IMG/VR virus record: IMGVR_UViG_3300037423_000848
Coordinates: 1-28,772 of that record
Length of the DNA stretch: 28,772 bases
Direction: 5' to 3' (one strand)
Source of the DNA: a virus
Lineage: Duplodnaviria > Caudoviricetes
Part shown: positions 1 through 8,763 of the stretch, piece after piece
Layout of the letters: the number at the start of each line of letters is the position of its first letter
How positions within the stretch are numbered: the first letter of the stretch is position 1
Translations under genes and position numbers: made by a program
Notes under the pieces: generated by a model
The model's database searches: none
The model's input: the letters and a program-made list of their open reading frames with translations, nothing else
Told to the model about the DNA's origin: nothing

Positions 1-511
1 AAGCTTTCTCAAACCAAGACATCATCTGAGAGTGAGTCTTCGCATAGTGGTCCGATCGCTCCTCAAGGAGGATGATCTTTCCGTAGGCTCTCTGCAGCTC
101 ATCTTTGAGAGTTAGAACTCTTCCAAATTTTTCATCAAAGCTGAGTTGAGTGCCATGGACTGATTTGGATAGTTCCTCCATGCTCCGCTCAACGAGCTCA
201 AGTTGAAGCTTCAGGGTATCCGCTCTTTTGATGAGATCTTCTTTGAGGTTCATCATGCGTTTTTGAACGCCGATCATTTCGAGGGAGTGCTTTGAGAGGT
301 CCCCCCTGATTTCGCTCATGCTCCCAGCCATGGCAATCTGCCACTGGGCCATTTTGTTGCCCACACTATGAACGTCTTTTTTGAAATTCTTCTTCAATAC
401 GAAGAGAACCAAGGTGCTGCACAATTGGATCATGCCGTAGAGGATCAGACCAAAGAGTGCAATGATACCAAGCTTTGGATCCTTAATTAAGAACTCCAGA
501 AACTCGCCCAT
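1..511 (-). CDS. Membrane-anchored coiled-coil protein, truncated at window edge (holin/i-spanin-like candidate); absent from the ORF track
   Basis: Manual translation from ATG 511 (TGATG overlap with the upstream stop, GGAG upstream): MGEFLEFLIKDPKLGIIALFGLILYGMIQLCSTLVLFVLKKNFKK..., then a heptad-rich helical region. The frame stays open to position 1. Confidence 0.75.
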   Translation of the reverse strand, partial: MGEFLEFLIKDPKLGIIALFGLILYGMIQLCSTLVLFVLKKNFKKDVHSVGNKMAQWQIAMAGSMSEIRGDLSKHSLEMIGVQKRMMNLKEDLIKRADTLKLQLELVERSMEELSKSVHGTQLSFDEKFGRVLTLKDELQRAYGKIILLEERSDHYAKTHSQMMSWFEKA

Positions 512-804
512 CAGATCTTCTCCCGAACTTTGAGAACGAATCCCATGTCGATGAGCTGCTTTCTCATGACTGGATCGCGCAGATCATATGTTTCCTTTTT
601 CATCTCAGACTTCGTGCAGACCCAAAGGAAATGCTCAGTGCAGACTTCGTATTGATATTCAAAGCCTGGGATATCAGGACTTAGCCGGAGCGTCCTGTTT
701 TCCAACGCTGGTACAGAAAGCAGTTGCGAGGACGCGCAGCCTAAATTCCAGGTTATCAAGGACAGCATCGTTACGAAGAGCAGGATCTTTGTTGTATTCA
801 GCAT
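511..804 (-). CDS. Small lipoprotein, o-spanin (Rz1)-like candidate
   Basis: From ATG 804: MLNTTKILLFVTMLSLITWNLG-C-ASS, a signal peptide with lipobox-like LGC. It has an extra Cys pair (VCTEHFLWVC) and overlaps the upstream ORF in another frame. Confidence 0.6.
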   Translation of the reverse strand: MLNTTKILLFVTMLSLITWNLGCASSQLLSVPALENRTLRLSPDIPGFEYQYEVCTEHFLWVCTKSEMKKETYDLRDPVMRKQLIDMGFVLKVREKI

Positions 805-910
805 ACCAAGCCTTCTGGATCGACATCTTTTCATCGATGTATTTTGTCTTCTCTTCGTTGTTCCAAAGCTCCAACGCAGTAGAGAGCGTGTTGAGAAGAA
901 CAGTAAACAT
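674..910 (-). CDS. Small helical protein (78 aa), possible Rz-like partner of the overlapping lipoprotein
   Basis: ATG 910 lies just after the stop of 913..1119, with GAGG upstream. N-terminus MFTVLLNTLSTALELW is amphipathic; 131-nt overlap with the lipoprotein gene. Confidence 0.5.
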   Translation of the reverse strand: MFTVLLNTLSTALELWNNEEKTKYIDEKMSIQKAWYAEYNKDPALRNDAVLDNLEFRLRVLATAFCTSVGKQDAPAKS

Positions 911-912
911 GG

Positions 913-1119
913 TTATTTCGCCTCGCTGCTTTCGTCGGACTTCTTGCTGACAATTCGGCCTTTGACAAAGTTCCAAATTCTCGTCACGTATTTCGGCATT
1001 GGCAAGTGAAGGCCTGCAAAGAAGCCAGCGAGAGTCGGACCGGCATGGATAAGTGTCTCCGCCCAGGCCCGACCCTCTTTAGACAACGCAAGAATGAATT
1101 GCTTCGTCTCTGGCGACAT
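913..1119 (-). CDS. Small membrane protein, holin-like candidate (68 aa)
   Basis: Central hydrophobic stretch TLIHAGPTLAGFFAGLHLPMP and a charged C-terminus; tightly packed in the operon downstream of the fibre genes. Confidence 0.5.
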   Translation of the reverse strand: MSPETKQFILALSKEGRAWAETLIHAGPTLAGFFAGLHLPMPKYVTRIWNFVKGRIVSKKSDESSEAK

Positions 1120-1122
1120 CGA

Positions 1123-1368
1123 TTAGCCCTTGAGAGCTGCGACAATTTGACCAGCCATGAGTCCGGCAAGAACGACTTCTTCCTTGGATTTCATCTCTTC
1201 AGGAAGTGCGGCGTATCCAGTGACAGCGCGTTGCAAAGCTGGAAACTCTTCGACGACCAGGTCAGTAACCTTAGCGCCACCTTTGAGCTTCACGATGATG
1301 TCGACAACGCAGTCTTTGATTTCTTTGCTTTCTTTTGGAAGCGATACTGTTTCTTGAACGAGTTCCAT
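1123..1368 (-). CDS. Hypothetical helical protein (81 aa)
   Basis: Start MELVQETV at 1368 with a strong SD (AAAGGAG); operon packing. Confidence 0.7.
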   Translation of the reverse strand: MELVQETVSLPKESKEIKDCVVDIIVKLKGGAKVTDLVVEEFPALQRAVTGYAALPEEMKSKEEVVLAGLMAGQIVAALKG

Positions 1369-1421
1369 TTTACTTCTCCTTTGTTGTTGGTGGGCACTTT
1401 TTGAATCAATAAATTTTCTAA

Positions 1422-3356
1422 TCAGCGCGGCCCCCAGCAATGGGCGTGAACGGCGGTATCAGCGGCCGCTCCCCCAGAAGTGAAGGTTTTGATTACAAGA
1501 GCAGATGCTGAAGATGCCGACCTGGATGGCTGGCATTGCGCTCCGATCGACTGATCACCATCGATTGAACAAGTGCAGCTCCCAACCGATGAATAAGCGG
1601 TGCCGAGGTTGATTGAGTAAACTCCGGTCCCAGTTCGAGTGACATTGGTGACGTCCCCTGTGCTGTTTGTTGAGATTGTGCAAGGGGATGCAGTGCAGCC
1701 GCTGGTCAAGCCAGTGTTTGCACCGAAGGACACTTCAGTATCTCTGAGAATGCCGCTTCCAAGTTGAACAACTGAGCCCGTGAGATAAGGCGCGGGCATT
1801 GGGGCGTCGAGCTCAACTATGGACCATTCGATGGAGCTTCGTGCAACGGATGAAGCTTGAATGCCGATGGCGCCGCTGGTTGATGCTCCTTGAAGCTTCA
1901 GACTTACCGACGACGTTGACGTAGCATTATAGATTCCGCACAAAGGTTGGGTCTGATATGTCGTCGTACCGTCTGAGGCGATACGTGTTCCTGCTTCCGC
2001 AATCGTCGTAGTGCCATCCGTGAGTCGAATGTTCAGAACTGCGTAATTTACGGCGCTATAAACTTGCGGATAAGCACAAACGAAATAGCGTCCTGCTCGC
2101 GGAGGAGTAAATGTAACTCCTGGAAGAACACCAGAGACAGCCGTGACCGTGCCGAAATTTCGATTGGTACTCTCAACCAAGTTGCAGGTAGCATCTGCAG
2201 TAAAGTCACCAATCGCCGTACTAGTTCTAGTCCAGTTGCAGGTAGTGTCATTATACCCACTCCAGCTCGCAGGAGTTTGGTCGGCTCTGTAGCCAGTTTG
2301 GGATTGAGTTGGAAAATACTCAACTTGAAAGCCTGCACTTCCTCTAGTGTCCGTACCAGCCAAGGTGATTGCTGCGGAAACAGATCCCCACTTGCACTGG
2401 ACTTTCCACGTCCTGCTTCCGGCTTGTGTGTATGTCCATTTTCCAGTCAACGTCAAAGGCGCTGCCGTTGATGTGTTGGTATCAAATCCTTGCTCAACGA
2501 GTGTATTTCCTAAGTCGTCCACAATCCGACAAGTTGGAGAGCTATCCGCTGATTGATCAACTCGTGAGGTCCAAGTAACTTTGTAACTACCAGGCTGAGC
2601 GTTAAGATAAGTTGCCTGTGGTACCTTGCCCGGAGAAGTGAGCGGACTGCCATTCGATATGGTAGCGGTCGCGCATGACGCATTAGATGCAAAGTCCGCT
2701 GCATAAGTGTTTTGCGTGATCGCCCACGTACATCCTGCTGTGCCGGCAAAGACGAGAGAACCGATATCTTGCGCCTGACTCACCTGACCGAGATTCGTGG
2801 CAAATCCCACGTATCCCTTATCGATGGAGCCAATAGTTGCTCCCGACAAAAAGCCCGCTGTCGAATAGAGCGCAACGCCAACGTTTCCGGAAGATGGGAA
2901 GATAAAGTTTGTCGAAACCTTAGCCCAATTGCCGGTACCAGGAACGCTTACGCACTGATTTAAAAGAGTCGTGCCTTGAACGCGTGGGCAGACCTGAAGC
3001 GTCGAAGCCGTCGTATTTACGTAAAGACTTGCTTCGCCGTTATTAGGACTCAGAGACGATCCAGGAGTCCAGTCTTGATACCAGAGAACCTGAGCGGATC
3101 CGAACGTTGCAGAAGCACTGAGAGTGAGTGACTGCTTCCCGTCTACATAGCTTGAAGTGTTTACTGCAGACGAAACATTTGAGCCTGCGGTCCATCCAGT
3201 TGCAACCGTTGCCGCTTCAAAGCTTGCGTTGACGAGCCCGTTGCCCAAACCCTCGGAAACATCACCTTTAACAATGGTCGCCTTCGAGGCAAAGGCCGGG
3301 CTGCATAAATATGCAATCAGTGCATAAATTTGGACGATAGTGATTAGCTTTTTCAT
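1422..3356 (-). CDS. Multi-domain tail fibre/adhesin-like protein with predicted Sec signal peptide
   Basis: Signal MKKLITIVQIYALIAYLCSPAFA|S. It has a CBM-like N-domain (LVNASFE...GWT), two internally similar beta domains and a C-terminal fibre-tip motif (VTRTGTGVYSINL). S/T/G-rich; SD AGGAG. Confidence 0.8.
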   Translation of the reverse strand: MKKLITIVQIYALIAYLCSPAFASKATIVKGDVSEGLGNGLVNASFEAATVATGWTAGSNVSSAVNTSSYVDGKQSLTLSASATFGSAQVLWYQDWTPGSSLSPNNGEASLYVNTTASTLQVCPRVQGTTLLNQCVSVPGTGNWAKVSTNFIFPSSGNVGVALYSTAGFLSGATIGSIDKGYVGFATNLGQVSQAQDIGSLVFAGTAGCTWAITQNTYAADFASNASCATATISNGSPLTSPGKVPQATYLNAQPGSYKVTWTSRVDQSADSSPTCRIVDDLGNTLVEQGFDTNTSTAAPLTLTGKWTYTQAGSRTWKVQCKWGSVSAAITLAGTDTRGSAGFQVEYFPTQSQTGYRADQTPASWSGYNDTTCNWTRTSTAIGDFTADATCNLVESTNRNFGTVTAVSGVLPGVTFTPPRAGRYFVCAYPQVYSAVNYAVLNIRLTDGTTTIAEAGTRIASDGTTTYQTQPLCGIYNATSTSSVSLKLQGASTSGAIGIQASSVARSSIEWSIVELDAPMPAPYLTGSVVQLGSGILRDTEVSFGANTGLTSGCTASPCTISTNSTGDVTNVTRTGTGVYSINLGTAYSSVGSCTCSIDGDQSIGAQCQPSRSASSASALVIKTFTSGGAAADTAVHAHCWGPR

Positions 3357-4994
3357 TTAAATTCTCCTGAAGAGTTCGTTCCAAAGAGTGCCGTCCCAGA
3401 TCAGAGCAAGAACACTGTGGTTATAGAGAGTGATCGCGCCATTGAGCGAAAGACCACTGCCATCGGAAAGAGTGAGCGTATTTGTATCGCTCGTGCCGAT
3501 GACATAAATGATCTGGCCGACGACGGTACCGGCGCTAATTTGCGATGTAGCCGTAACCGTGACCGCGCCACCTGATCCTTGAACAAACTGCGTTTGAAAT
3601 GGAATCGCAGCCGTTGAAGTGATCCCTCCTGCTGCCGTGATTGCTTGAGGTGAACCAGTTGAACCGCTGATCGTGTGTACTTGCGCAACAGAGGTATTTC
3701 CGGAGAGATTTGAAAACGCAGGTTGCGAACAGTTGGCATTACCGCTTGCTGCAACACCTGTTGACCAGTTATTCGCTCCGCACTGAGTGGGCGTACCAGC
3801 CAATGCGGTGGCCGTTGCTGCGTTACCAGTCGTGTTCTGATTGAGTGTAGGGATATCAGAAGCAGAAATAGCAGACCAAACCGGAGGAGCACTAACGGAC
3901 CCAGTTCCAGTTTGAGAAAGAAACATTTTGGTGCTCGAAGTATTGCCTGCGAGGCGCGTTGGAGCTGGCGTCGAATTCTCGTAAATGATGTCTCCAAGAG
4001 TTGTCATTGGATTGGAGAATCCGCCAGCAGGCGCCGCCCAAGTTCCGTCAGCACGAAGGAAATTCGACGTCCCACCTCCAGAGCCTGGAACCATACCTGG
4101 ATTTGCAGATGTGAATGGCTGGAAGTAAATACTCGAGCCAGAAATTACAGCACCATCTGAAGACGACGTCTGGCTTCCATATGTGCCAACCGTACTTACT
4201 CCGCCGCCGCCGGTCCCGCACGCGGCGCCAGCATCAATGAAGTTTCCGCTCGCGTCGATTTTTACGCAGTTTCCGCTCGTAAGTGAGCCGGTCGTCGTTG
4301 CCAGAGTCGTCGTATTTCCAGAGAACGTAACCCCAGACAAATCAGAAAGCGCAGGTTGAGTACACGCTGGAACTCCGCTTGTGTTGATCTGACTTAACCA
4401 CTGGTGAGTACTGCAAGTCAGAGATTGCACACCGCCCTTAGAGCTTAAGCTTGGATTCGGAAGATCCGCACCAACAAGCGCTCGAAACGTAGGAGAACCA
4501 GCCGATCCGTTGGGCGACGCGAAGACTTGGTTTGCCGATTGGCTAACGAGCGAAGCGGATAAGGTTCCAGAAATAGTAACAGGAGATCCGCTAACTGAGA
4601 AAATGGAAGGAAGCGAAAGTCCAACGCTAGTTACTGTGCCAGATCCTCCACCTCCGCCGCCGCTGCACGCTTGCCATGCTCCATTGCCAGCAGAATCGGT
4701 TGCGGTCCAACAATATCCAGCTGTTGCCCCAGTCGTAATTTTCAAGGACGGAGCCGAGACTGTGCCGGTGAAAACCGGAGATGCCAGTGGAGCGTACTTC
4801 AAGACCATCCCTGGCAAATTAGCCAGATCATCAAGAAGCATTCGCTGCGTCTGATTCCCAGTAGAATTGACGTATGGAAATGAATCGCTTGCTCCTACAG
4901 CCGAAGCTGATCCAAGAGGCAGCTGCGATATCTTCACCTCTGCTTGTGCAGAGATAGACGCAAAAATTAAGAGTAGAGCCAATAATATTTTCAT
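3357..4994 (-). CDS. Tail fibre-like protein with predicted Sec signal peptide
   Basis: Signal MKILLALLLIFASISAQA|EVKISQLP. Fibre shaft motifs: TVTSVGLSLPSIFSVSGSPVT, PTFRALVGADLP, FLRADGTWAAP, PMTTLGDIIY. Gly linkers; SD GAGGTG. Confidence 0.85.
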   Translation of the reverse strand: MKILLALLLIFASISAQAEVKISQLPLGSASAVGASDSFPYVNSTGNQTQRMLLDDLANLPGMVLKYAPLASPVFTGTVSAPSLKITTGATAGYCWTATDSAGNGAWQACSGGGGGGSGTVTSVGLSLPSIFSVSGSPVTISGTLSASLVSQSANQVFASPNGSAGSPTFRALVGADLPNPSLSSKGGVQSLTCSTHQWLSQINTSGVPACTQPALSDLSGVTFSGNTTTLATTTGSLTSGNCVKIDASGNFIDAGAACGTGGGGVSTVGTYGSQTSSSDGAVISGSSIYFQPFTSANPGMVPGSGGGTSNFLRADGTWAAPAGGFSNPMTTLGDIIYENSTPAPTRLAGNTSSTKMFLSQTGTGSVSAPPVWSAISASDIPTLNQNTTGNAATATALAGTPTQCGANNWSTGVAASGNANCSQPAFSNLSGNTSVAQVHTISGSTGSPQAITAAGGITSTAAIPFQTQFVQGSGGAVTVTATSQISAGTVVGQIIYVIGTSDTNTLTLSDGSGLSLNGAITLYNHSVLALIWDGTLWNELFRRI

Positions 4995-5004
4995 ATCTCA
5001 CCTC

Positions 5005-6378
5005 TCAGCAAGCAAACTTCTGAACGTATTTAGAGATCATCACTTGATTCGTTCCAGAAATAGCAACGGATGCGAAAATCCCCTTTTGAGGACTCCAGAT
5101 AATGCCAGACCAACCGTTAGCAGCCGGAGCCGTGGCTGCGGTCCAAGTGATACCGTCAAACGAGTACATAACTTGACCGCTCTGAGCGACAGCTGCGAAG
5201 GCTCCAAGCTGTGGAGACCAAGCAATTGAGTACCAACTATTGCTGGTTCCAATCACGGTGCGCGTGGTCCAATTTATTCCATCGTAGGAACTCATTCCGG
5301 CACCGTCGTAAGAAAGCGCCACAAGCATCTCAAGCTGCGGGCTCCACGTAACGGTCGACCACTGTTTCACTGCAGCAGCGGTTCTGAGCGTCCATGTAGT
5401 GCCATTAGGAGAAGTCGCAACGCGATTGGTTCCAGAACCTGCCACTGCTACGAACAATCCCAATTCACTACTCCAACAGACAGAGCTCCAGTCAGACCCA
5501 GAACCAGCCGACACGCCGGTCCAGTTGATTCCATCTGACGAGTACATGAATTGATTGGTACCTGCGCCGCCAGTTTTCCCACACGCGACAAACTTTCCGA
5601 GATCTGGTGACCAACAAACCGACCACCAAGCCTCGGCGGATGGAGACGTTCTAACGGTCCAATTGATCCCGTCAGGAGAAGTCATAATGCTTCCGCCGGT
5701 ATCCACGGCGACAAAAAGACCTAGCTCCGGACTCCAAGCGATTCCATTACAGCCTGGACCAGCTCCACCACCGCCAATGGTTCTTGTCGTCCATGTAATA
5801 CCGTCCGGGGATGTCATCACGGCCTTCAAACCATGAGCTCCGGAGACAAAGAGTCCAAGTTCTGGACTCCAAGCGACACTTACCCAAGCATTTGCAGCCG
5901 AAGCACTCTCAGCAACCCATTGACTAACCGCCCGCGTTGCTACAGCAGTGTTCGCTTGAGGATTAAGAGCGCCTGGTTTGAAGGGCTTCCAGTAAGCAAA
6001 ACTCGTCAGAGGGTTATTCAGATTGTTGTCGGCCTTGGAAACGTAAACGTTACCATTTCCATCCTGAGCAATAGATCCAGTGTAATAAGTCGTTCCCGCG
6101 TCCCACTGCGGAATCCCGTCTTGAAAACCTTGAGCAAGTTGATATGTCACCAGGTAAAACAGGGCATTCATGTCCTGAATTGTCGGACTGTTTGCTCCAA
6201 GGATGGCTCCAAACCATCCTGTTAGAAAGTTTGGAAGAAACTGCACAAGACTGGGATTTGCTGTTGCCCCAGAATATGTCTGCGGAGATCCAGCTGCAAG
6301 ACTTCCGAATTGTGCGATTTGGTTGTTACTTGCGTTCGATCCAAAAATCAGCTGAGTGTATCGACTTAGTCTTCCCAT
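5005..6378 (-). CDS. Baseplate-anchored tail fibre/receptor-binding protein with beta-propeller
   Basis: Follows the wedge gene. N-terminal anchor ...QDMNALFYLVTYQLAQGFQDGIPQWDAGTTY, then about 7 repeats of WxSVxWSPELGLFVAV...TSPDGINWT (Asp-box/BNR-like). No signal peptide. Confidence 0.85.
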   Translation of the reverse strand: MGRLSRYTQLIFGSNASNNQIAQFGSLAAGSPQTYSGATANPSLVQFLPNFLTGWFGAILGANSPTIQDMNALFYLVTYQLAQGFQDGIPQWDAGTTYYTGSIAQDGNGNVYVSKADNNLNNPLTSFAYWKPFKPGALNPQANTAVATRAVSQWVAESASAANAWVSVAWSPELGLFVSGAHGLKAVMTSPDGITWTTRTIGGGGAGPGCNGIAWSPELGLFVAVDTGGSIMTSPDGINWTVRTSPSAEAWWSVCWSPDLGKFVACGKTGGAGTNQFMYSSDGINWTGVSAGSGSDWSSVCWSSELGLFVAVAGSGTNRVATSPNGTTWTLRTAAAVKQWSTVTWSPQLEMLVALSYDGAGMSSYDGINWTTRTVIGTSNSWYSIAWSPQLGAFAAVAQSGQVMYSFDGITWTAATAPAANGWSGIIWSPQKGIFASVAISGTNQVMISKYVQKFAC

Positions 6379-6382
6379 GGTT

Positions 6383-7129
6383 TCACTCCAGTCCTAGTCC
6401 GATTCCACCTTCGGTGGTCAGAATGTCGCCGGCCTCCGTCGTCAGATCCTGTTGATAGTATTTTCCAACAGCATCCGTGTAACTGAGCCACGGCCAGTTC
6501 ATATGATACGAAATGTAAGAGTTGAACGGAGTCGCATTTGGCTGAATTTGGCCTGTCAGTGAATACAGACTATATTCAGTCATTCCGAAAAAGGCGTTGA
6601 TGGTGGGAACATAAATCACCGATGCAAGCTGCACGCCCATTGGTTTCGGCAAGAAGCCTTCGTTCACAAAAAGCTGAATGAGCTCAAAGCTACCGATCGA
6701 TGAGCTAATTAAATAGCTCATGTGCATGTTCTGATAATCAAATACGAGGATTTGATCTGGAAACGATTGATTTAAAAGCTGAAGAATCGTCGCAAGAGAA
6801 GATCCTGCATTGTTCTTCACGATCGCCATTCGAATCAAAGCGATATAATCGGAATCATCAAGTGTGATGGGTCCGTTAAATCCTGATCCAGATCGGGATG
6901 CTCCGGCGTATTTCCCTAAAATGTCGAGCTGTGCGCCGACAGCAGGATTGGATCCGGTAATATTGAAAGCATCTTGAACGGCGAGAGGGAGTTGCGCATT
7001 TGGATCGGACTGCAATCCCATAAGAACCGGCGTGACAACTGCTTCAACCGTAGCAGCTGACTTCGGCTTACCGAGGTACTGCAGAATCAGCAGACTCACA
7101 TAGTATTTAGCTAGTTCCGCCGTTGTCAT
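6383..7129 (-). CDS. Baseplate wedge protein (DUF2612-like)
   Basis: Motifs YVSLLILQY..KPK, AVGAQLDILGKYAG.SR, LDDSDY..LIR..IVKN, LPKPMGV; synteny after the baseplate J gene. Confidence 0.85.
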   Translation of the reverse strand: MTTAELAKYYVSLLILQYLGKPKSAATVEAVVTPVLMGLQSDPNAQLPLAVQDAFNITGSNPAVGAQLDILGKYAGASRSGSGFNGPITLDDSDYIALIRMAIVKNNAGSSLATILQLLNQSFPDQILVFDYQNMHMSYLISSSIGSFELIQLFVNEGFLPKPMGVQLASVIYVPTINAFFGMTEYSLYSLTGQIQPNATPFNSYISYHMNWPWLSYTDAVGKYYQQDLTTEAGDILTTEGGIGLGLE

Positions 7130-8748
7130 CAGGTCACCGAGATGTTCAATGTTGCCGTGTTACCGTTAGAATCCGTCACCAACAGAACGTCCGTCACTCC
7201 CCCGGTAGATCCGGCCGTATACAATCCAGAGCTTGAATTTACAGACCCTCCACTGTTGTTGGTCTGGAAAGAGTAAGTTAGAGTTCCATATCCACCCAAT
7301 CCCGTAAGCTGAGATGTGAACGTAGGGGCAACGCTCAGATTATTCGCTGTCAGGATCATCGGAAGAATGATGATGTTATTCGGGTCTAGCGTGAACTGCT
7401 TGTTTGCCGAAGATGGCGTCAGGGTATTTGCATACGTTCCGCCTGCCGTTGCACTAAATCCGCCAGTTCCTGGCGTGCCTGATCCGGAAAACGTTACAAG
7501 GGTGTTCGGATCAATCGACTGCACCGCCGTCGCGAGCGCATTGATATTCACCTCTTGGTTAACTCCAGGAACGAAAACAGAAGGAAGCTTCTGTTTAATC
7601 AGATAAATGTTTGGAACAGCTCCACTTGTAAGCGAGGATGCATAAAACGTGATGTAAAGAGGTTGAGAAACAACCTTATCGTAGTTCACTACGAACTGAG
7701 ATCCATCCATCTGTGTAACAGCTACAGGAATGCTTCCATAAGTTCCGCATCCGGCGTTGCGCTTTAAATACATTGCCCAAGCAACCTGATCGAATCTCCA
7801 CCACCAGCTACTGTCTGACACTGGATTTCCAGTGTTGTTGTTTCTCCCCGATGCATAGACGATTCCGCCAGACTGTACGAGGCTGCCAACTTGATACGTC
7901 GTACTAGAGCTGTAAGGACTTACGCTAGAGACAGGATAGGAAGGGCTGTCTTGCACGATCACCCATATGGAGTGACCCGGAATTCCCGCTGGAACTCCAC
8001 CTGTACCTACGCTTGTTACATCGCTATCATTCTCATAAACTTTTACAGACCCGACACCATTGATGTTATTGAGCGAGGCCTCAAGCCCCGAGAGATAGCC
8101 TTGGGATGAAAGAGCTACGGACTGTTGACGGCGAATTTTTAACTCGGAATCAGTCTCTTCATCTACTCCCAGCGTCGTGTAAGTTTGAACGTTGTAGATT
8201 CCGGTGTTAGCTGGACCTCCGCCAATTCCAAGCACGATTGTCACAGGGACCGTGATATCTCCAACCGCAGATTGAATCGCGCCTGGGTTAGCGGCCTGAA
8301 ATAGTAGCACCGTACCGCTAGATCCAGGATTAAAGTTCGGAACACTTGTAATTAGCTGATATTGGTTTCCGGCTCCATCAGCAACGGTATACGGAGGCTC
8401 AATCGTCTGATCCAATCCATAGAGAATCGGGACTGCAGCTGTTGTGAAAATCTTTACTGGCTGGACAGTAAACGTGCCACCTTTTCTCTGAATCCCATTC
8501 ATCGCAACACGTTGATCCAAAATCACTCCAATTGCTTGATCGGGATCAAATGTGCTGTAGATCTGAGCCAGTAAATCTTGGAGGTCTAGAACCGACTGAA
8601 CGAATATATTCATCATCTGCCCGTCAGGAGAGCTAGAAGACAAATCAATATCGTTACCGTAGATGTTCTGAAATGCGGCAGTATACTGAGCTACAAGCTC
8701 ATCGCGAGTCGCAAGAGATAATCCATTTACGCCAATTGAGTTAGGCAT
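7129..8748 (-). CDS. Baseplate J/gp47-family wedge protein with inserted CBM-like and C-terminal Ig-like modules
   Basis: Motifs IYGNDIDL.SSSPDGQM, FDPDQAIG..LD, GVDEETDSELKIRR, VKVYENDSD, IPGHSIWVIV. Confidence 0.9.
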   Translation of the reverse strand: MPNSIGVNGLSLATRDELVAQYTAAFQNIYGNDIDLSSSSPDGQMMNIFVQSVLDLQDLLAQIYSTFDPDQAIGVILDQRVAMNGIQRKGGTFTVQPVKIFTTAAVPILYGLDQTIEPPYTVADGAGNQYQLITSVPNFNPGSSGTVLLFQAANPGAIQSAVGDITVPVTIVLGIGGGPANTGIYNVQTYTTLGVDEETDSELKIRRQQSVALSSQGYLSGLEASLNNINGVGSVKVYENDSDVTSVGTGGVPAGIPGHSIWVIVQDSPSYPVSSVSPYSSSTTYQVGSLVQSGGIVYASGRNNNTGNPVSDSSWWWRFDQVAWAMYLKRNAGCGTYGSIPVAVTQMDGSQFVVNYDKVVSQPLYITFYASSLTSGAVPNIYLIKQKLPSVFVPGVNQEVNINALATAVQSIDPNTLVTFSGSGTPGTGGFSATAGGTYANTLTPSSANKQFTLDPNNIIILPMILTANNLSVAPTFTSQLTGLGGYGTLTYSFQTNNSGGSVNSSSGLYTAGSTGGVTDVLLVTDSNGNTATLNISVT

Positions 8749-8763
8749 CAGTGTGTCTCCTCA

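Noticed and set aside
3401-3997. 198-aa alternative-frame ORF within the fibre gene
   Set aside because: Arg/Leu/Gln-rich frame shadow without a recognisable motif, unlike the SEC-C overlap.
1422-6378. Diversity-generating retroelement or invertible fibre cassette
   Set aside because: No reverse transcriptase, recombinase, template/variable repeat pair or flanking inverted repeats were seen; the repeats are degenerate and at protein level.
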